From Candidatus Helarchaeota archaeon (GTDB lineage Archaea; Asgardarchaeota; Lokiarchaeia; Helarchaeales; RDOG01), in contig JAHPZH010000004.1 of NCBI GenBank assembly GCA_019058315.1, positions 352,001-416,000 of the forward strand: DNA of 64,000 nt, read 5' to 3'. The notes below the pieces were generated by a model. It was not told the origin of the DNA, made no database searches, and saw only the letters and a list, made by a program, of their open reading frames with translations. Below are positions 21,553 to 32,322 of the stretch, in pieces. How positions within the stretch are numbered: the stretch's first letter is position 1; each line of letters starts with the position of its first letter. The position numbers and the translations under genes were made by a program.

Positions 21553-22131
21553 TTATTCTTGCATTTCCATCAATTTTGAAATTAATGCTATAGTAAAACC
21601 TTGAAATGTTAAAGCTATTCCTAGTATAAATCCAGTTATTGGAGCACTCACGAAAAAATACAGTCCAACAAATCTATTTACCGGGTTTACATTTACCAAT
21701 CCAGCAAGACCTATTAGATAGGATAATGTCATTGCATTAAAATTCGCCCGAAAACCTATTAACATTATAATAGGACCCGCTACACTTAAACCTACACCAA
21801 CCCATAAAAGATATAATTGTAATGAATAAGTAATTCCTTCGTCAATCACCGAATAGACAAATAAGAAAGTAATCAAACCGACTCCAACTAATGATAAAAC
21901 CGTACCTATAAATATACCTGATACATTTAATTTAATCATTATTAAAAACGAGATTTGCCAGATATTATTACCAAACGAACCCATTCTACTTGCAAACGCA
22001 ACTATCATAGCTAAAAATACTTGATCATAATAATTACCAAATGCTAATAGAGCTAATATTGGTCCTACTGCTATTAATGCTATTCCTGCCCAAGTTATAA
22101 TCAATTTTATTTTTTCAGGAATTTCAAACAT
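21553..22131 (-). CDS. membrane protein with internal duplication
   Basis: Two similar halves (W.G..L..VGPI / WVG..L...GPI). Confidence 0.6.
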   Translation of the reverse strand: MFEIPEKIKLIITWAGIALIAVGPILALLAFGNYYDQVFLAMIVAFASRMGSFGNNIWQISFLIMIKLNVSGIFIGTVLSLVGVGLITFLFVYSVIDEGITYSLQLYLLWVGVGLSVAGPIIMLIGFRANFNAMTLSYLIGLAGLVNVNPVNRFVGLYFFVSAPITGFILGIALTFQGFTIALISKLMEMQE

Positions 22132-22235
22132 TTAATTCCTCCAAATGCGAAGTATAAATAATTATTAAATCTTACACTTTTTTATCATTAATTTAAATCT
22201 TATCTCAAGTAAATATTATTAAATGGTGAAAGATT

Positions 22236-23396
22236 ATGAGAAAAGTTGCAATAGTAGCTGCTGGAGAATCCAAATTTGGAGATCGAGTTGGTAAAGAATA
22301 TGAAGAACTCATATCCGAAGCATATCTTGAAGCAATGTCAAGTGTGAATAATATAGAACCTAAGGATATCCAAGAAGCTTTTTGGGGATCGTTGGCCTTT
22401 GGTGGATCTCAACTAGGAAATATGAGTGCGCTTCTAGTTGATGGTATAAATATCATGGGTATACCTACTTCTCGGATTGAAAATGCTTGTGCGAGTAGTG
22501 GTTACGCCTTGAGATATGCTTTTTTTTCTATCGCTGCGGGAATAAATGATATTGTTATTGCTGGAGGGGCAGAAAAGATGCAAGATATTTCGCGAGCTAC
22601 AAGATTATATTGGTTCGGAGTGGGTGGAGATATTAAATGGGAACGCTTATCTGGAATGACATTTCCAGGGAATTATGCACTTATGGCTTCCAGACATATG
22701 CACGAATTTGGAACTAAAAAAGAAGATTTAGCACAAGTTGCTGTAAAAAACCACAAATTTGCATCAAATAATCCTAAAGCACAATTTCAAAAGGCTATAA
22801 CTTTAGAACAAGCGATGAAAGCTCCAATGGTAGCATATCCTCTCAATATTTTTGATTGTTGTCCTTTAACAGATGGTGCATCTTGTGTTATTCTATGTCC
22901 TGCTGAAGATGCTAAAAAATACACAGATACTCCAATTGAAATTATTGGTGCAGGGGCCGGAAGCGATCATTTAGCTTTATATCAAAGAGAATCATTAACT
23001 AGAATAGAAGGGGCAGTTAAAGCTAGTAAAATGGCTTTTGATATGGCAAAAATGACTCCAAATGATATAAATGTCGCTGAAGTGCATGATTGTTTTACAA
23101 TAGCTGAGATTCTAGCTTACGAAGATGTAGGTTTTTGTAAAAAAGGAGAAGGCGGTAAATTTATTTCTGAAGGTTTATCTGATATTGGTGGAAAAGTCCC
23201 AATTAACTCAGGAGGAGGATTGAAAGCAAAAGGTCATCCAATTGGAGCCACAGGTACTGCTCAAGTTTATGAAATATTTCATCAATTAAGAGGAGAACAT
23301 ATAAATCAAGTTGATGGTGCAGAAACTGCCCTAACTCACAATGTTGGGGGAACAGGGTCATCTTGTACTGTTCATATTTTTAAAAGGATGAGGTGA
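22236..23396 (+). CDS. archaeal-type acetyl-CoA acetyltransferase (thiolase)
   Basis: ENACASS, AEVHDCFT, KGHPIGATG. Confidence 0.93.
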   Translation: MRKVAIVAAGESKFGDRVGKEYEELISEAYLEAMSSVNNIEPKDIQEAFWGSLAFGGSQLGNMSALLVDGINIMGIPTSRIENACASSGYALRYAFFSIAAGINDIVIAGGAEKMQDISRATRLYWFGVGGDIKWERLSGMTFPGNYALMASRHMHEFGTKKEDLAQVAVKNHKFASNNPKAQFQKAITLEQAMKAPMVAYPLNIFDCCPLTDGASCVILCPAEDAKKYTDTPIEIIGAGAGSDHLALYQRESLTRIEGAVKASKMAFDMAKMTPNDINVAEVHDCFTIAEILAYEDVGFCKKGEGGKFISEGLSDIGGKVPINSGGGLKAKGHPIGATGTAQVYEIFHQLRGEHINQVDGAETALTHNVGGTGSSCTVHIFKRMR

Positions 23397-23400
23397 AATT

Positions 23401-24429
23401 TTGAAATCAAAACTTAAAATTCTTGGATATGGAAGTTATATACCACGGTTTCGAATTAAAAAAGAAGAGTACGTTAAGACATGGGGAAGTTTTCAAGGTA
23501 AAATTCAAGAAAAATCTGTAATTGGTTATGATGAGGATACCTTGACCATGGCTGTTGAAGCTGGAAAAAATGCTTTAAAAAATTCAAAGGTAAAAAGAGA
23601 AGACATAAAAGTGATTACAGTAGGATCAGGATCTCCTCCTTACGCACTTCGTTCAATGTCCTCAGAAGTCGCCATGGCGATCGGTATACCTTTGGATATT
23701 GTTTTATTAGATTTTAAGGAATCTGAAAAGGCAGGAACAACTGGTCTATTAACTAGTATCGATATTTTATCTAATCGAGGAGGAACTGGTTTAGTAATTG
23801 GAAGTGATTCTCCTCTTGCAAAACCGAATGATGAGGTTGAACATACATTTGGGGCAGGGGCGGCTGCTTTAATCGTTGGAAAAAATGGTGGAATTGCTGA
23901 TATAGAGGGATATAGTTCTAACAATGTATCATTTATGGCTGATCGTTTTAGAAAAGATGGGGATACGACAATTCAAGATTTATCAATTGCATCTTATAAA
24001 AAATATGCCTATCAGAATTCAATATCTGGAGCGGTTACTAAATTAATGGATGAACTTGGACTAAAATCTGATGATTTTAATCACGCTTTTATTCAAGGGC
24101 ACGATAGTCGAGAACCTACTCGCGTTATACCGAAATTAATTGACAAAAAGAAGATCTATACAGAAACATTAAATGTTTTAGGTGATACTGGTGCTGCATC
24201 AGCATTGATTGGAATGATTGGAATATTAAGCAAAGTATCGAAGCCTAATGATAGAATCTTATGTGTATCGTACGGCTCTGGAGCAGGAAGCGAGGCTTTC
24301 AGTATATTGGTTAAAGATAAACAAGTTAATGATCCAGAAACACCTGATTTTGAGATGTATCTGAACAATAAAAATTATTTGGATTATAGTCAGTATATTA
24401 AATTTCGAGAATTAATAGATTTGGAGTAG
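23401..24429 (+). CDS. HMG-CoA synthase homologue lacking the catalytic residues
   Basis: YIPRFRI, DEDTLTMAVEA, GAGAAA, SYGSGAGSEAF retained; canonical ESHPY/FACKAG/HQPN read GSPPY/ESEKAG/QGHD. Confidence 0.85.
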   Translation: MKSKLKILGYGSYIPRFRIKKEEYVKTWGSFQGKIQEKSVIGYDEDTLTMAVEAGKNALKNSKVKREDIKVITVGSGSPPYALRSMSSEVAMAIGIPLDIVLLDFKESEKAGTTGLLTSIDILSNRGGTGLVIGSDSPLAKPNDEVEHTFGAGAAALIVGKNGGIADIEGYSSNNVSFMADRFRKDGDTTIQDLSIASYKKYAYQNSISGAVTKLMDELGLKSDDFNHAFIQGHDSREPTRVIPKLIDKKKIYTETLNVLGDTGAASALIGMIGILSKVSKPNDRILCVSYGSGAGSEAFSILVKDKQVNDPETPDFEMYLNNKNYLDYSQYIKFRELIDLE

Positions 24430-24438
24430 GTGAATTAT

Positions 24439-24861
24439 ATGGCACATGTTTCAGTTCCAAAATATTGGAAAATTTTACCCCAAAAATATAGATTAGTTGC
24501 AGGTAAGTGTAAAGAATGTGGACACTTAAATTTTCCACCTAGACCAATATGTGAAAAATGTAGCAAAACCGATACTCAAGAAGATGTTGAATTAAAAGGT
24601 CGTGGAAAAGTTTATACGTTTACAATTATTGGACGTGGAGCAGCCCCTCCTGAGTTTGCAAAGATGCAGAAAAAATGCGGACCTTATGCTATTGCAGTAG
24701 TGGAATTGGAAGAAGGTCAAAAAATCAATGTCCAATTAACAGATTGTGATCCGTTTGAAATTAAAATTGGTATGCCAGTAACTGCAGTTTTTCGACAAAT
24801 TTACGAACAAGAATCGGTAATTCGTTATGGACTTAAATTCAGACCCGCTTTAAAAAAATAA
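24439..24861 (+). CDS. DUF35 zinc-ribbon/OB-fold protein
   Basis: KCKECG..FPPR.IC.KC, GKVYTFT, YGLKFRP. ATG at 24439 follows the AGGTGA RBS. Confidence 0.92.
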   Translation: MAHVSVPKYWKILPQKYRLVAGKCKECGHLNFPPRPICEKCSKTDTQEDVELKGRGKVYTFTIIGRGAAPPEFAKMQKKCGPYAIAVVELEEGQKINVQLTDCDPFEIKIGMPVTAVFRQIYEQESVIRYGLKFRPALKK

Positions 24862-25068
24862 TGAAATAAAACTTTTAATCTATCTTTGTGGATTTTTTTC
24901 AAGTTCCTTTCTTAAACCTTTAACAATTCGACTCATATTCTGTTCGCCTTTTTTTTCTCTAAAATAGAAATCTTATTCACTTTAAAATCTTGCCAAAGAT
25001 ATTTAAATTATGATTTATCATTCATAACTACAAATAATAGGGTTAAATATTATTTATTTGGAGGTTTT

Positions 25069-25611
25069 ATAACGGTTAAAATATTAATTACAAAAGATTC
25101 TTGGCTTAGTGAATTTAAAAAAGATAAAAATTATGGTGCTGGAAAAGGATGGAAAGAAAATTTTAAAGAAGGACGTCCTGCCTTGTTTCTCGGGTTCGGT
25201 GGTAGAGATAAAAAGATAGTTGTACTTGGCTTTGACACAGATGAGTTGAAGGGAAAAGATATTAAAAAGGCAACATTGAAATTAGCTGTTGTTTATTCTG
25301 GTTCTGCCAAGGAAATGGTACACGAAGCAAAAGCTATATTGGAAGATTGGGACCAAGATAAGGTGACTTGGAACAATTTAAAAAAGTTTGGGCCAGTAAT
25401 ATCTACCGCCACGATTAAGGGTTCTTGGAACTATAACGCTAAACCTAAATGGATTGAATGGGACATTACTTCAATCGTCAAAGATTGTGTTGCTGGAAAA
25501 GCCTTTGGTATTGCTATAGATACTCAAGGAAGTGCAGGAGTTGATAGACAAGTCGAGCCTAGTGAGTCTGAAAATGCCGACCTACGTCCCTATATCGAAG
25601 TGGAGCTATAA
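25069..25611 (+). CDS. DNRLRE-domain protein (probable ATA start upstream of the track's 25183)
   Basis: Upstream in-frame 'KDSWLSEFKKDKNYG' matches the family N-terminus; W...VTWN and RPYIEV C-terminus; GGAGG at 25060. Confidence 0.7.
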   Translation: MTVKILITKDSWLSEFKKDKNYGAGKGWKENFKEGRPALFLGFGGRDKKIVVLGFDTDELKGKDIKKATLKLAVVYSGSAKEMVHEAKAILEDWDQDKVTWNNLKKFGPVISTATIKGSWNYNAKPKWIEWDITSIVKDCVAGKAFGIAIDTQGSAGVDRQVEPSESENADLRPYIEVEL

Positions 25612-25751
25612 AAAAAAATAATTTTTATTATTTTTTGATGATTATAATAAAAAATGAATAGAGAATCCAAAAAGTGATTGAATTAATGTTTCAATTTCAA
25701 AAATTAAAAAAATCTAGATTATAGAAATTTTAACTAATAAAGAGGATAATA

Positions 25752-26885
25752 TTGAATCAGTTGATATCATTTCTAGTAATTTTAATAATGATTTCAATAT
25801 TATCCGTATTTTTAAAATATTCAATCGGTGTTTTAAAAAATAGAACTCAAATAAATCAATTATTTATCCTTTCTTTCATTTTTTTCGGATTTGGAATACT
25901 CTCTGACCTCATAAGAATTTTAGAAATTATATTTTTGGGAACTATCAATGAAAATATAGATAAAATTGTCTTTATCTTGAAAGTATTTCTTTATTTCTTT
26001 GGAACTTCCACTATTATTTATATTATGCAAATATTAAGCAGACAAAGTGGTCATCATACGAAAAAAGATACTGCAATAAGTACATCCTATTATATTTTAA
26101 ATCCATTTATCTCAATTTTAAATAGTTATACATTTATTAAAACAAATATTAACGAATATGGATTTTATTTTTTTCAAATCAATCCTTTTGTATTTTTATT
26201 AACTTTAGCAATATTATCTCCTCTTTTTGCTTATGTTTTTTTTAAAGTTAAAGTTCTTAAAAGCGAGATTAAAAGTGAACTAACGAGAAAACAAGTAGAT
26301 GTCTGTATAACTGCTTTTATATTAATTGAAATTAATTGTACAACAATTCTTATATTTTATTCATTGTTTAATAATTCGATTTATATCCTAATTACAAATC
26401 TTTTGATATTATTAACGTCTACTTATGTTTTTACTTTTTCATTATTTCGAAAATATCCAGATTTTTTAAATGCTGTAAGTACTTATTATTCTATCAGATC
26501 TATCTATATAATAGGAGGTAAAGGTGTTATTATTTATGAGTATGATTTTCAGAAAGAATCTTTAAAAGATCCTCTATCTACAAGAGAGTTATTATTAGGA
26601 GGTTTTTTATACATAATAGATAGTGGTTTAGTTACATTATTCGACGCAAAAGAGGATATTAAGTCAATAAATATTGGAAATATGAATTTAATATTTACTC
26701 ATGGAAAATATGTTTTTGGATTATTATTAACTACAGATTATACTTTTGTTATGGCTCGTAAATTAAATAATTTTGTTGAAAAATTTGAAAATAATTATAA
26801 GAATATACTTGAAAATTGGTCAGGTGAAATTACAGAATATAATTCAGAAATTATTCAAAATTGGATAGATGAATTTTTTAGATAA
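25752..26885 (+). CDS. 7TM protein with C-terminal longin-like domain
   Basis: About 7 TM helices then 'IYII...G..IY.YDF...LLGGFL..I...HGKYVF..L....KL..F.EKFE..Y...LENW.G'. Confidence 0.7.
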   Translation: MNQLISFLVILIMISILSVFLKYSIGVLKNRTQINQLFILSFIFFGFGILSDLIRILEIIFLGTINENIDKIVFILKVFLYFFGTSTIIYIMQILSRQSGHHTKKDTAISTSYYILNPFISILNSYTFIKTNINEYGFYFFQINPFVFLLTLAILSPLFAYVFFKVKVLKSEIKSELTRKQVDVCITAFILIEINCTTILIFYSLFNNSIYILITNLLILLTSTYVFTFSLFRKYPDFLNAVSTYYSIRSIYIIGGKGVIIYEYDFQKESLKDPLSTRELLLGGFLYIIDSGLVTLFDAKEDIKSINIGNMNLIFTHGKYVFGLLLTTDYTFVMARKLNNFVEKFENNYKNILENWSGEITEYNSEIIQNWIDEFFR

Positions 26886-26900
26886 ATTTAGAATCTATAA

Positions 26901-28049
26901 ATGGGTAAGGATTTAATGATAAGATATATAGTTGAAATATTAGTTCATGTAGTTATAATATTCTATTTAATCTCTTTATTACGAGTAATTATAGAATATT
27001 TAAAAAATAGAACAAACATTAATCAAACATTTGTAATAATGTTCTCAAGTATCGGATATGGAGTATTATACGATTGTATTCGAATTCTAAACTTTCTTGT
27101 TTCTGGTTATTTTAATGTATATTTCGATAAAATCAGCTTTCTTTTTAAGTTACCTACAGTTCTTATAGCGTATTCTTTTTTAGCACGAATATTGTTTAAA
27201 TTTATGGAAGTAAGCGGTTATAACATAAAAAAATATATTCCTATTAGGATATTTTTCCTTGGAATGTTCATTATATTATCATTTTTAAATTTATTTACAT
27301 ATTATCAATCTTATTTTTATGATCTATTTGGATTTTATATGTATATGGTTAATCCAATACTTCGCATTATTATATATTTCTTGTATACTCCTTTTTTTCT
27401 AATTTTAGGAATTAAGGGTATGAAGCTCTTATCCGAAATAGAAAATAAGGTTATAAAAAGGAGAATAACTTGTATGTTCACCTTTTTTGGAATTCTAATC
27501 ATGGGACGATTATACAATTTGGGATATTTTTCTCCATTCTCTAATTATATGTCCACATACATAATAGACTTTTTAATAATATCAATAAGCTTATTTTGCC
27601 TGTGTAGTTTTGCTATTAAATACCCTGAACTGCTTCAATTAATTAGTACATATTTTTCTGTAAAATCTGTTTATATAATTCAAAAAAATGGCACTTTAAT
27701 ATTTGATCATGATTTTAAGGAAGAAATTTCTCAGCACCCAATCTCTCCAAAACAAATCCTATTAGGAGGATTTATTTATGCAGTTAACAAGGGCTTAAAA
27801 TCATTTTTTGATCTAACAGGAGAAATTAATGTTATAAATTTTGGAAAATTAATTGCTTTAATTAAACATGGCAAATATATATTCGTTATATTGTCCGCTT
27901 CAGAAAATACTCCTACAATACAACAAAAATTAAACTTATTAATTGAAAAATTTGAGACATTATATGAATATGAACTTGAAAACTGGACAGGACCTTCCAT
28001 ATTTAAATCTGAAGATGTTAAAAAATTGATTTATGAGAGTTTCAGATAG
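26901..28049 (+). CDS. 7TM protein with C-terminal longin-like domain (tandem paralogue)
   Basis: Same architecture and motifs as 25752-26885. Confidence 0.7.
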   Translation: MGKDLMIRYIVEILVHVVIIFYLISLLRVIIEYLKNRTNINQTFVIMFSSIGYGVLYDCIRILNFLVSGYFNVYFDKISFLFKLPTVLIAYSFLARILFKFMEVSGYNIKKYIPIRIFFLGMFIILSFLNLFTYYQSYFYDLFGFYMYMVNPILRIIIYFLYTPFFLILGIKGMKLLSEIENKVIKRRITCMFTFFGILIMGRLYNLGYFSPFSNYMSTYIIDFLIISISLFCLCSFAIKYPELLQLISTYFSVKSVYIIQKNGTLIFDHDFKEEISQHPISPKQILLGGFIYAVNKGLKSFFDLTGEINVINFGKLIALIKHGKYIFVILSASENTPTIQQKLNLLIEKFETLYEYELENWTGPSIFKSEDVKKLIYESFR

Positions 28050-28161
28050 AATCACCTCAAAATTTTAAGAAAATCCAAGCAGAATGTTCTATTTAAAAAG
28101 GTTTTGTTTTTTTGGAATTACAAAACATTTATAAATAAAATCAAGAACCCTCTTCCTTTTC

Positions 28162-30117
28162 ATGCCTAAAACAAATTATATAATTTGCACACATAACGAC
28201 TTAGATGGGTTCTGTTGTGGTGCAATTTTATTAAATGAATTTCCCTATGCTACAATTTCCTTTGGAACTTCAAAATCTATACATAGAAAGATGTATTATA
28301 TTAGGAAATATTTGAGTGATAACTCAAAAAATTATCTATTTATTTGTGATATCAGTCCTAAAGCTGGTAATATCAGTAAAATCAATAAAATCATATCAGA
28401 TTTTAAAACAAATTTTAATTTGCAGGTCATTTGGTTTGATCATCATCAATGGCCAAATAATGCTAAAATTTTGAAAGGTATAGAAATAATCCATGATGAT
28501 AAGAAAAAATCTGCTGCCAATCTGGTTCAAAAATATGTGGATCAAACTACATTTAGCTATTTTTCAAAATTAGCTGAGTGGTTACCTGTAGAAGATGCAG
28601 AATATTGGAAGACAGTTATTCGAAATGCGGGTAAAATTCCGCTGTCTGATGAAAGGTTGAAAAGACTTCTTCATTATTTTAGTAAATTAAAGCAGTCGGA
28701 GCTTACAGAAGAATTCTATAAAAGTTCACAAAAGCTAACATCTAAAGAACTAGATAGCATTAGCTTGTTTGATACCATTGACGGCAAAAGATTCGCAATT
28801 CTTGATTTACGTAAAATATTTCATGATATTGATTATTACGCAGAAAAAAAGCGTATAACAAAAACGTATTCATGTGATTTTGTCTGTATCATTAAAAGAA
28901 AGAACGGAATTTCAATATATAATGAAAATGAAGTGGATCTCTCATTTTTAAAGGAGTTGGGAGTTGAAGGACATGTCAAAACAGGTGCGATTGTCATTCC
29001 AAGACCTTACATCAATTGGCCCAATTCTAAATTTCATCGTCCTTTAATTGAAGAGGAACTTATTGATATACTTATAGAAAAAAAGATAAAGAATTTAGAC
29101 TATGAAGGACAGCAACGCACTTCACATTATCATAAAGATGAAATTACCCAATTAAAAGAATTGCCAAGCATGGATTCAGACTTATTTAATCTACTCAATG
29201 AAAATAATATCAAAAATGTCTCTGATTTATCTAATTGTGAGACTTATTTACTGGAAGACCTTGACATTTCCAAGGATCTGGCTAAATGCTTAATTCGAGA
29301 GGCAGAAGCATCATTGGAAAGAAACCGATCTTGGTCTACTGACGGATTTGGTAGACCAAATTTGAAATTTAAAGAAAATCAAAAATATTTTGATATTTTA
29401 TGGGAATTTAATAAAGGTTGGACCATGACCAGCGGTTGTCAAAGTTTAGATGCATTTTTATTGAGTGATGGATTTAAAACTAAGGATATTTATGAATTCT
29501 ATGGGTTATCTAAAGTAGGTAAGACTTATTTGATACATCAACTTCTCTGCAGAGGCGTCTTGCCTCTTGAGCAGGGAGGTCTCGGAGGTATGGCTATATA
29601 TTTCGATACAGAACATAATTTTAATAAAGATATTATCCGAGCAATAGCACCTAGATTCAATCTAGAACCGGAATATGTTTTTCAAAACATGGCGAGACGT
29701 GAAACTGTTTCTACGAATGACCTGCTTTCGGGAGTTGAAAGAGAACTTCCTAAATTTATAAAAAGATATGAGGTAAGATTAATTATTGTTGATAATCTAA
29801 TTGAACATTTTTTAACCGAATACCCAAATCCAGATAATCCAGAACGTGGAAATAAAATAGCAAGAGTATTTGATACTTTAAAAGCTATTTCGCGTAATTT
29901 TAATGTGGTTGTAATTTATACTAATCATATTGTGAGTCTTCAAACGGATTATCAAAGAATAATGGATATTGAACATACAGGAGGAGTGTTACTTAACCCT
30001 AATGTTCGAATAAAAATCCAATTTGTTTATGATGAAATAGATATAAGGGAATTTTATATCTCAAATGAAAAACCTTGTGTCTTATCTATTTCGAGTGATG
30101 GATTTCATGATGTATGA
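28162..30117 (+). CDS. DHH-family phosphoesterase fused to a RadA/Rad51-like ATPase
   Basis: THNDLDG, ICDI, WFDHH; then TSG..SLD..L..G, EFYGLSKVGKT, YFDTE, LIIVD, VVIYTNH. Confidence 0.8.
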   Translation: MPKTNYIICTHNDLDGFCCGAILLNEFPYATISFGTSKSIHRKMYYIRKYLSDNSKNYLFICDISPKAGNISKINKIISDFKTNFNLQVIWFDHHQWPNNAKILKGIEIIHDDKKKSAANLVQKYVDQTTFSYFSKLAEWLPVEDAEYWKTVIRNAGKIPLSDERLKRLLHYFSKLKQSELTEEFYKSSQKLTSKELDSISLFDTIDGKRFAILDLRKIFHDIDYYAEKKRITKTYSCDFVCIIKRKNGISIYNENEVDLSFLKELGVEGHVKTGAIVIPRPYINWPNSKFHRPLIEEELIDILIEKKIKNLDYEGQQRTSHYHKDEITQLKELPSMDSDLFNLLNENNIKNVSDLSNCETYLLEDLDISKDLAKCLIREAEASLERNRSWSTDGFGRPNLKFKENQKYFDILWEFNKGWTMTSGCQSLDAFLLSDGFKTKDIYEFYGLSKVGKTYLIHQLLCRGVLPLEQGGLGGMAIYFDTEHNFNKDIIRAIAPRFNLEPEYVFQNMARRETVSTNDLLSGVERELPKFIKRYEVRLIIVDNLIEHFLTEYPNPDNPERGNKIARVFDTLKAISRNFNVVVIYTNHIVSLQTDYQRIMDIEHTGGVLLNPNVRIKIQFVYDEIDIREFYISNEKPCVLSISSDGFHDV

Positions 30118-30203
30118 ATTAAAAAATAAATTAATAATTTAATTTATTTTCAAACTTAACTTTCCTTATATTAAATTGGAGAGATTCAAGTAGAGATTAA
30201 TAT

Positions 30204-30953
30204 TTAGATTTTATATTCCACCATTTTATCATTTAACTTTTCTTTATATTTTTCTTCATATTCATTTATATCTTTAGAATAAAAATCCTCTATATTTTTA
30301 ATTAAATTATCATAAATTCTTAATATTTCAGTCTGATAATTATCAATTAATTCTCTAATATTAATGTCTAAACCTTTTTCAACAAATTTCTTTGAACTTC
30401 CCTTCCAACCACTCCATTTTTTTAATTCGTCATTTGATAATAATATATATTTAGATATTTCTCCATTATCTTTAACTTTAAGACCAAACGCTATAATGGG
30501 TAACATATAATGTTGAGTATAATCTCTTAATTTTTGAATAAAATGAATTTTTTCGTCGCGTTCCAGTTGTTTAAATTTAGCCTGCCAGAGAGAAGAAAGT
30601 TTAGAATTGTTCAGCTTTTTTAAAAAAACTCTAGTATGACCAATCAGAGATTTAACACTTGCTAAATAATTATGAATTAAACTAATAAACTCATTTTGAA
30701 AATCCGAAACGTGATCTCTAACACCATTCCAGAGACGTACACCAAATCCTTTACCATCATTTACTATTATAATGGTTTTTTTAAATAATTTAATGCCTTC
30801 AATTAATTTATTATAATTAGTTTTTAATATGAATATTGATGAAGTTAAAAATTTTAATAATTTTTTAACTCTCCAACCTTCCATTTCATCCAATTCATTT
30901 CTAATTTTTTCAAGTTGCTCCTGTGTAATATTTTTTGTCAAAATTTTTACCAT
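30204..30953 (-). CDS. putative HEPN-like protein
   Basis: Rx4H motif 'LRDYTQH' in a helical protein. Confidence 0.5.
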   Translation of the reverse strand: MVKILTKNITQEQLEKIRNELDEMEGWRVKKLLKFLTSSIFILKTNYNKLIEGIKLFKKTIIIVNDGKGFGVRLWNGVRDHVSDFQNEFISLIHNYLASVKSLIGHTRVFLKKLNNSKLSSLWQAKFKQLERDEKIHFIQKLRDYTQHYMLPIIAFGLKVKDNGEISKYILLSNDELKKWSGWKGSSKKFVEKGLDINIRELIDNYQTEILRIYDNLIKNIEDFYSKDINEYEEKYKEKLNDKMVEYKI

Positions 30954-30955
30954 TT

Positions 30956-32140
30956 TTAATTTTTTAAATCAATTAATCCCTTTGTATTTAAAATCTTTTC
31001 AATAATGTAATTTTTATCAACTCTTTTCTCCGAATGTTTATTATAAAGTAAAAATAAGTCCCACGTAGTCATTAAGCAAATGTTATAATCTACAGCCAGT
31101 TTTATTGCATCTCTTGAAAAAGGGGGATCTCTAAATTCTGGATCTATTTCACGATAATGATTCACGATAAAAAAGCCTTTAATCCTTCCCTTTTTTTCCT
31201 GAATTCTTAAATAATTTAAATATTTTGGGTTGAAATGCTTTGCTTTTGCAAGCTTAGTTAATCCTTTTACTTCTCCTATGCCTACTACTCCATTTAAATC
31301 GAGTGCAATGTCAAATTCTCCCTCTTCTTCCTTCCAGTCGGATTTTATACCCATTTTTTCAAATATTTTAGATATTGATTTAGATAGAGATTTATCATAA
31401 CCATAAAGGATATTTTTTAATTTTCTCTCCTCTTTTAATGAAGCCTTATATTGCTCAATATCTTTGAACAGCTTTAATTCATTTTCCGTTTGATATTTAT
31501 TAATCCAATCAGGGGTATATTGTATAATATCTATTATGGTTCTTGCAAATTTTCCAAAAATCTCACCATCAACATCATATAAATGTGGAAATACAAATAT
31601 TCTTGATTTTTTTAATTTATCACTTTTATTATCTATTGTATGCAAATAATTCTCAGGTTTAATTGCATATGAAATAATAGAACCCACTGTATTTGTTGCT
31701 ATTATTAAATTATCGTTCAATTCTTCTTCTAGTATCCAATTCCAATTAAATTTGCCCTTAATCTTGTCAAAAACTTGTGCTAACTCGTGTTTTTTATTAG
31801 GATTAATGCGAAATCCAGATTGATTAGTGAGATTCTCTTTAACTCGTGGAACTTTAAAAGAAAAGATATTTTGAATAATATTTGGATTGCCTGTTAAGAC
31901 CATAATTCCCCCATTCAAAAAAAAGCCCTTGATTTGATTTTTTATAAGTTCCCAATCCGGTTCTTTACGTCCTCTAATTAAGTTTTTAGAACATTCAATG
32001 AATATTATATCTAAATCATATAAAGGAACACCGAATGGAGATAGATCAGCTAATTGCCAAGCATTATTCCAGACTTCATATCTTTTTTTCTTAAAATTTT
32101 TTATCTTAAACCCTAATCTTAGCATTATATATTTTTTCAT
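30956..32140 (-). CDS. protein with C-terminal PD-(D/E)XK nuclease-like domain
   Basis: 'FDIAL...IGEVKG' followed by 'KGFFIVNH..PP'. Confidence 0.55.
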   Translation of the reverse strand: MKKYIMLRLGFKIKNFKKKRYEVWNNAWQLADLSPFGVPLYDLDIIFIECSKNLIRGRKEPDWELIKNQIKGFFLNGGIMVLTGNPNIIQNIFSFKVPRVKENLTNQSGFRINPNKKHELAQVFDKIKGKFNWNWILEEELNDNLIIATNTVGSIISYAIKPENYLHTIDNKSDKLKKSRIFVFPHLYDVDGEIFGKFARTIIDIIQYTPDWINKYQTENELKLFKDIEQYKASLKEERKLKNILYGYDKSLSKSISKIFEKMGIKSDWKEEEGEFDIALDLNGVVGIGEVKGLTKLAKAKHFNPKYLNYLRIQEKKGRIKGFFIVNHYREIDPEFRDPPFSRDAIKLAVDYNICLMTTWDLFLLYNKHSEKRVDKNYIIEKILNTKGLIDLKN

Positions 32141-32322
32141 GATTTATTGTCTCGTCTTTAGCATTAAAAGCTGAATTTATTTGGTAAGAACTTTGAAATT
32201 CAAAATAAATTATTTTAAAGAAGGGATGCATCGGATTTAAATTATTGTTTTTTATTCTTAAACCTACAACTCAAAAATTAAAATTTAAAATAAACATCCC
32301 TTATTGATTTTTAACAAATCTA

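Noticed and set aside
23401-24429. Functional HMG-CoA synthase call
   Set aside because: Catalytic Glu/Cys/His positions are substituted.
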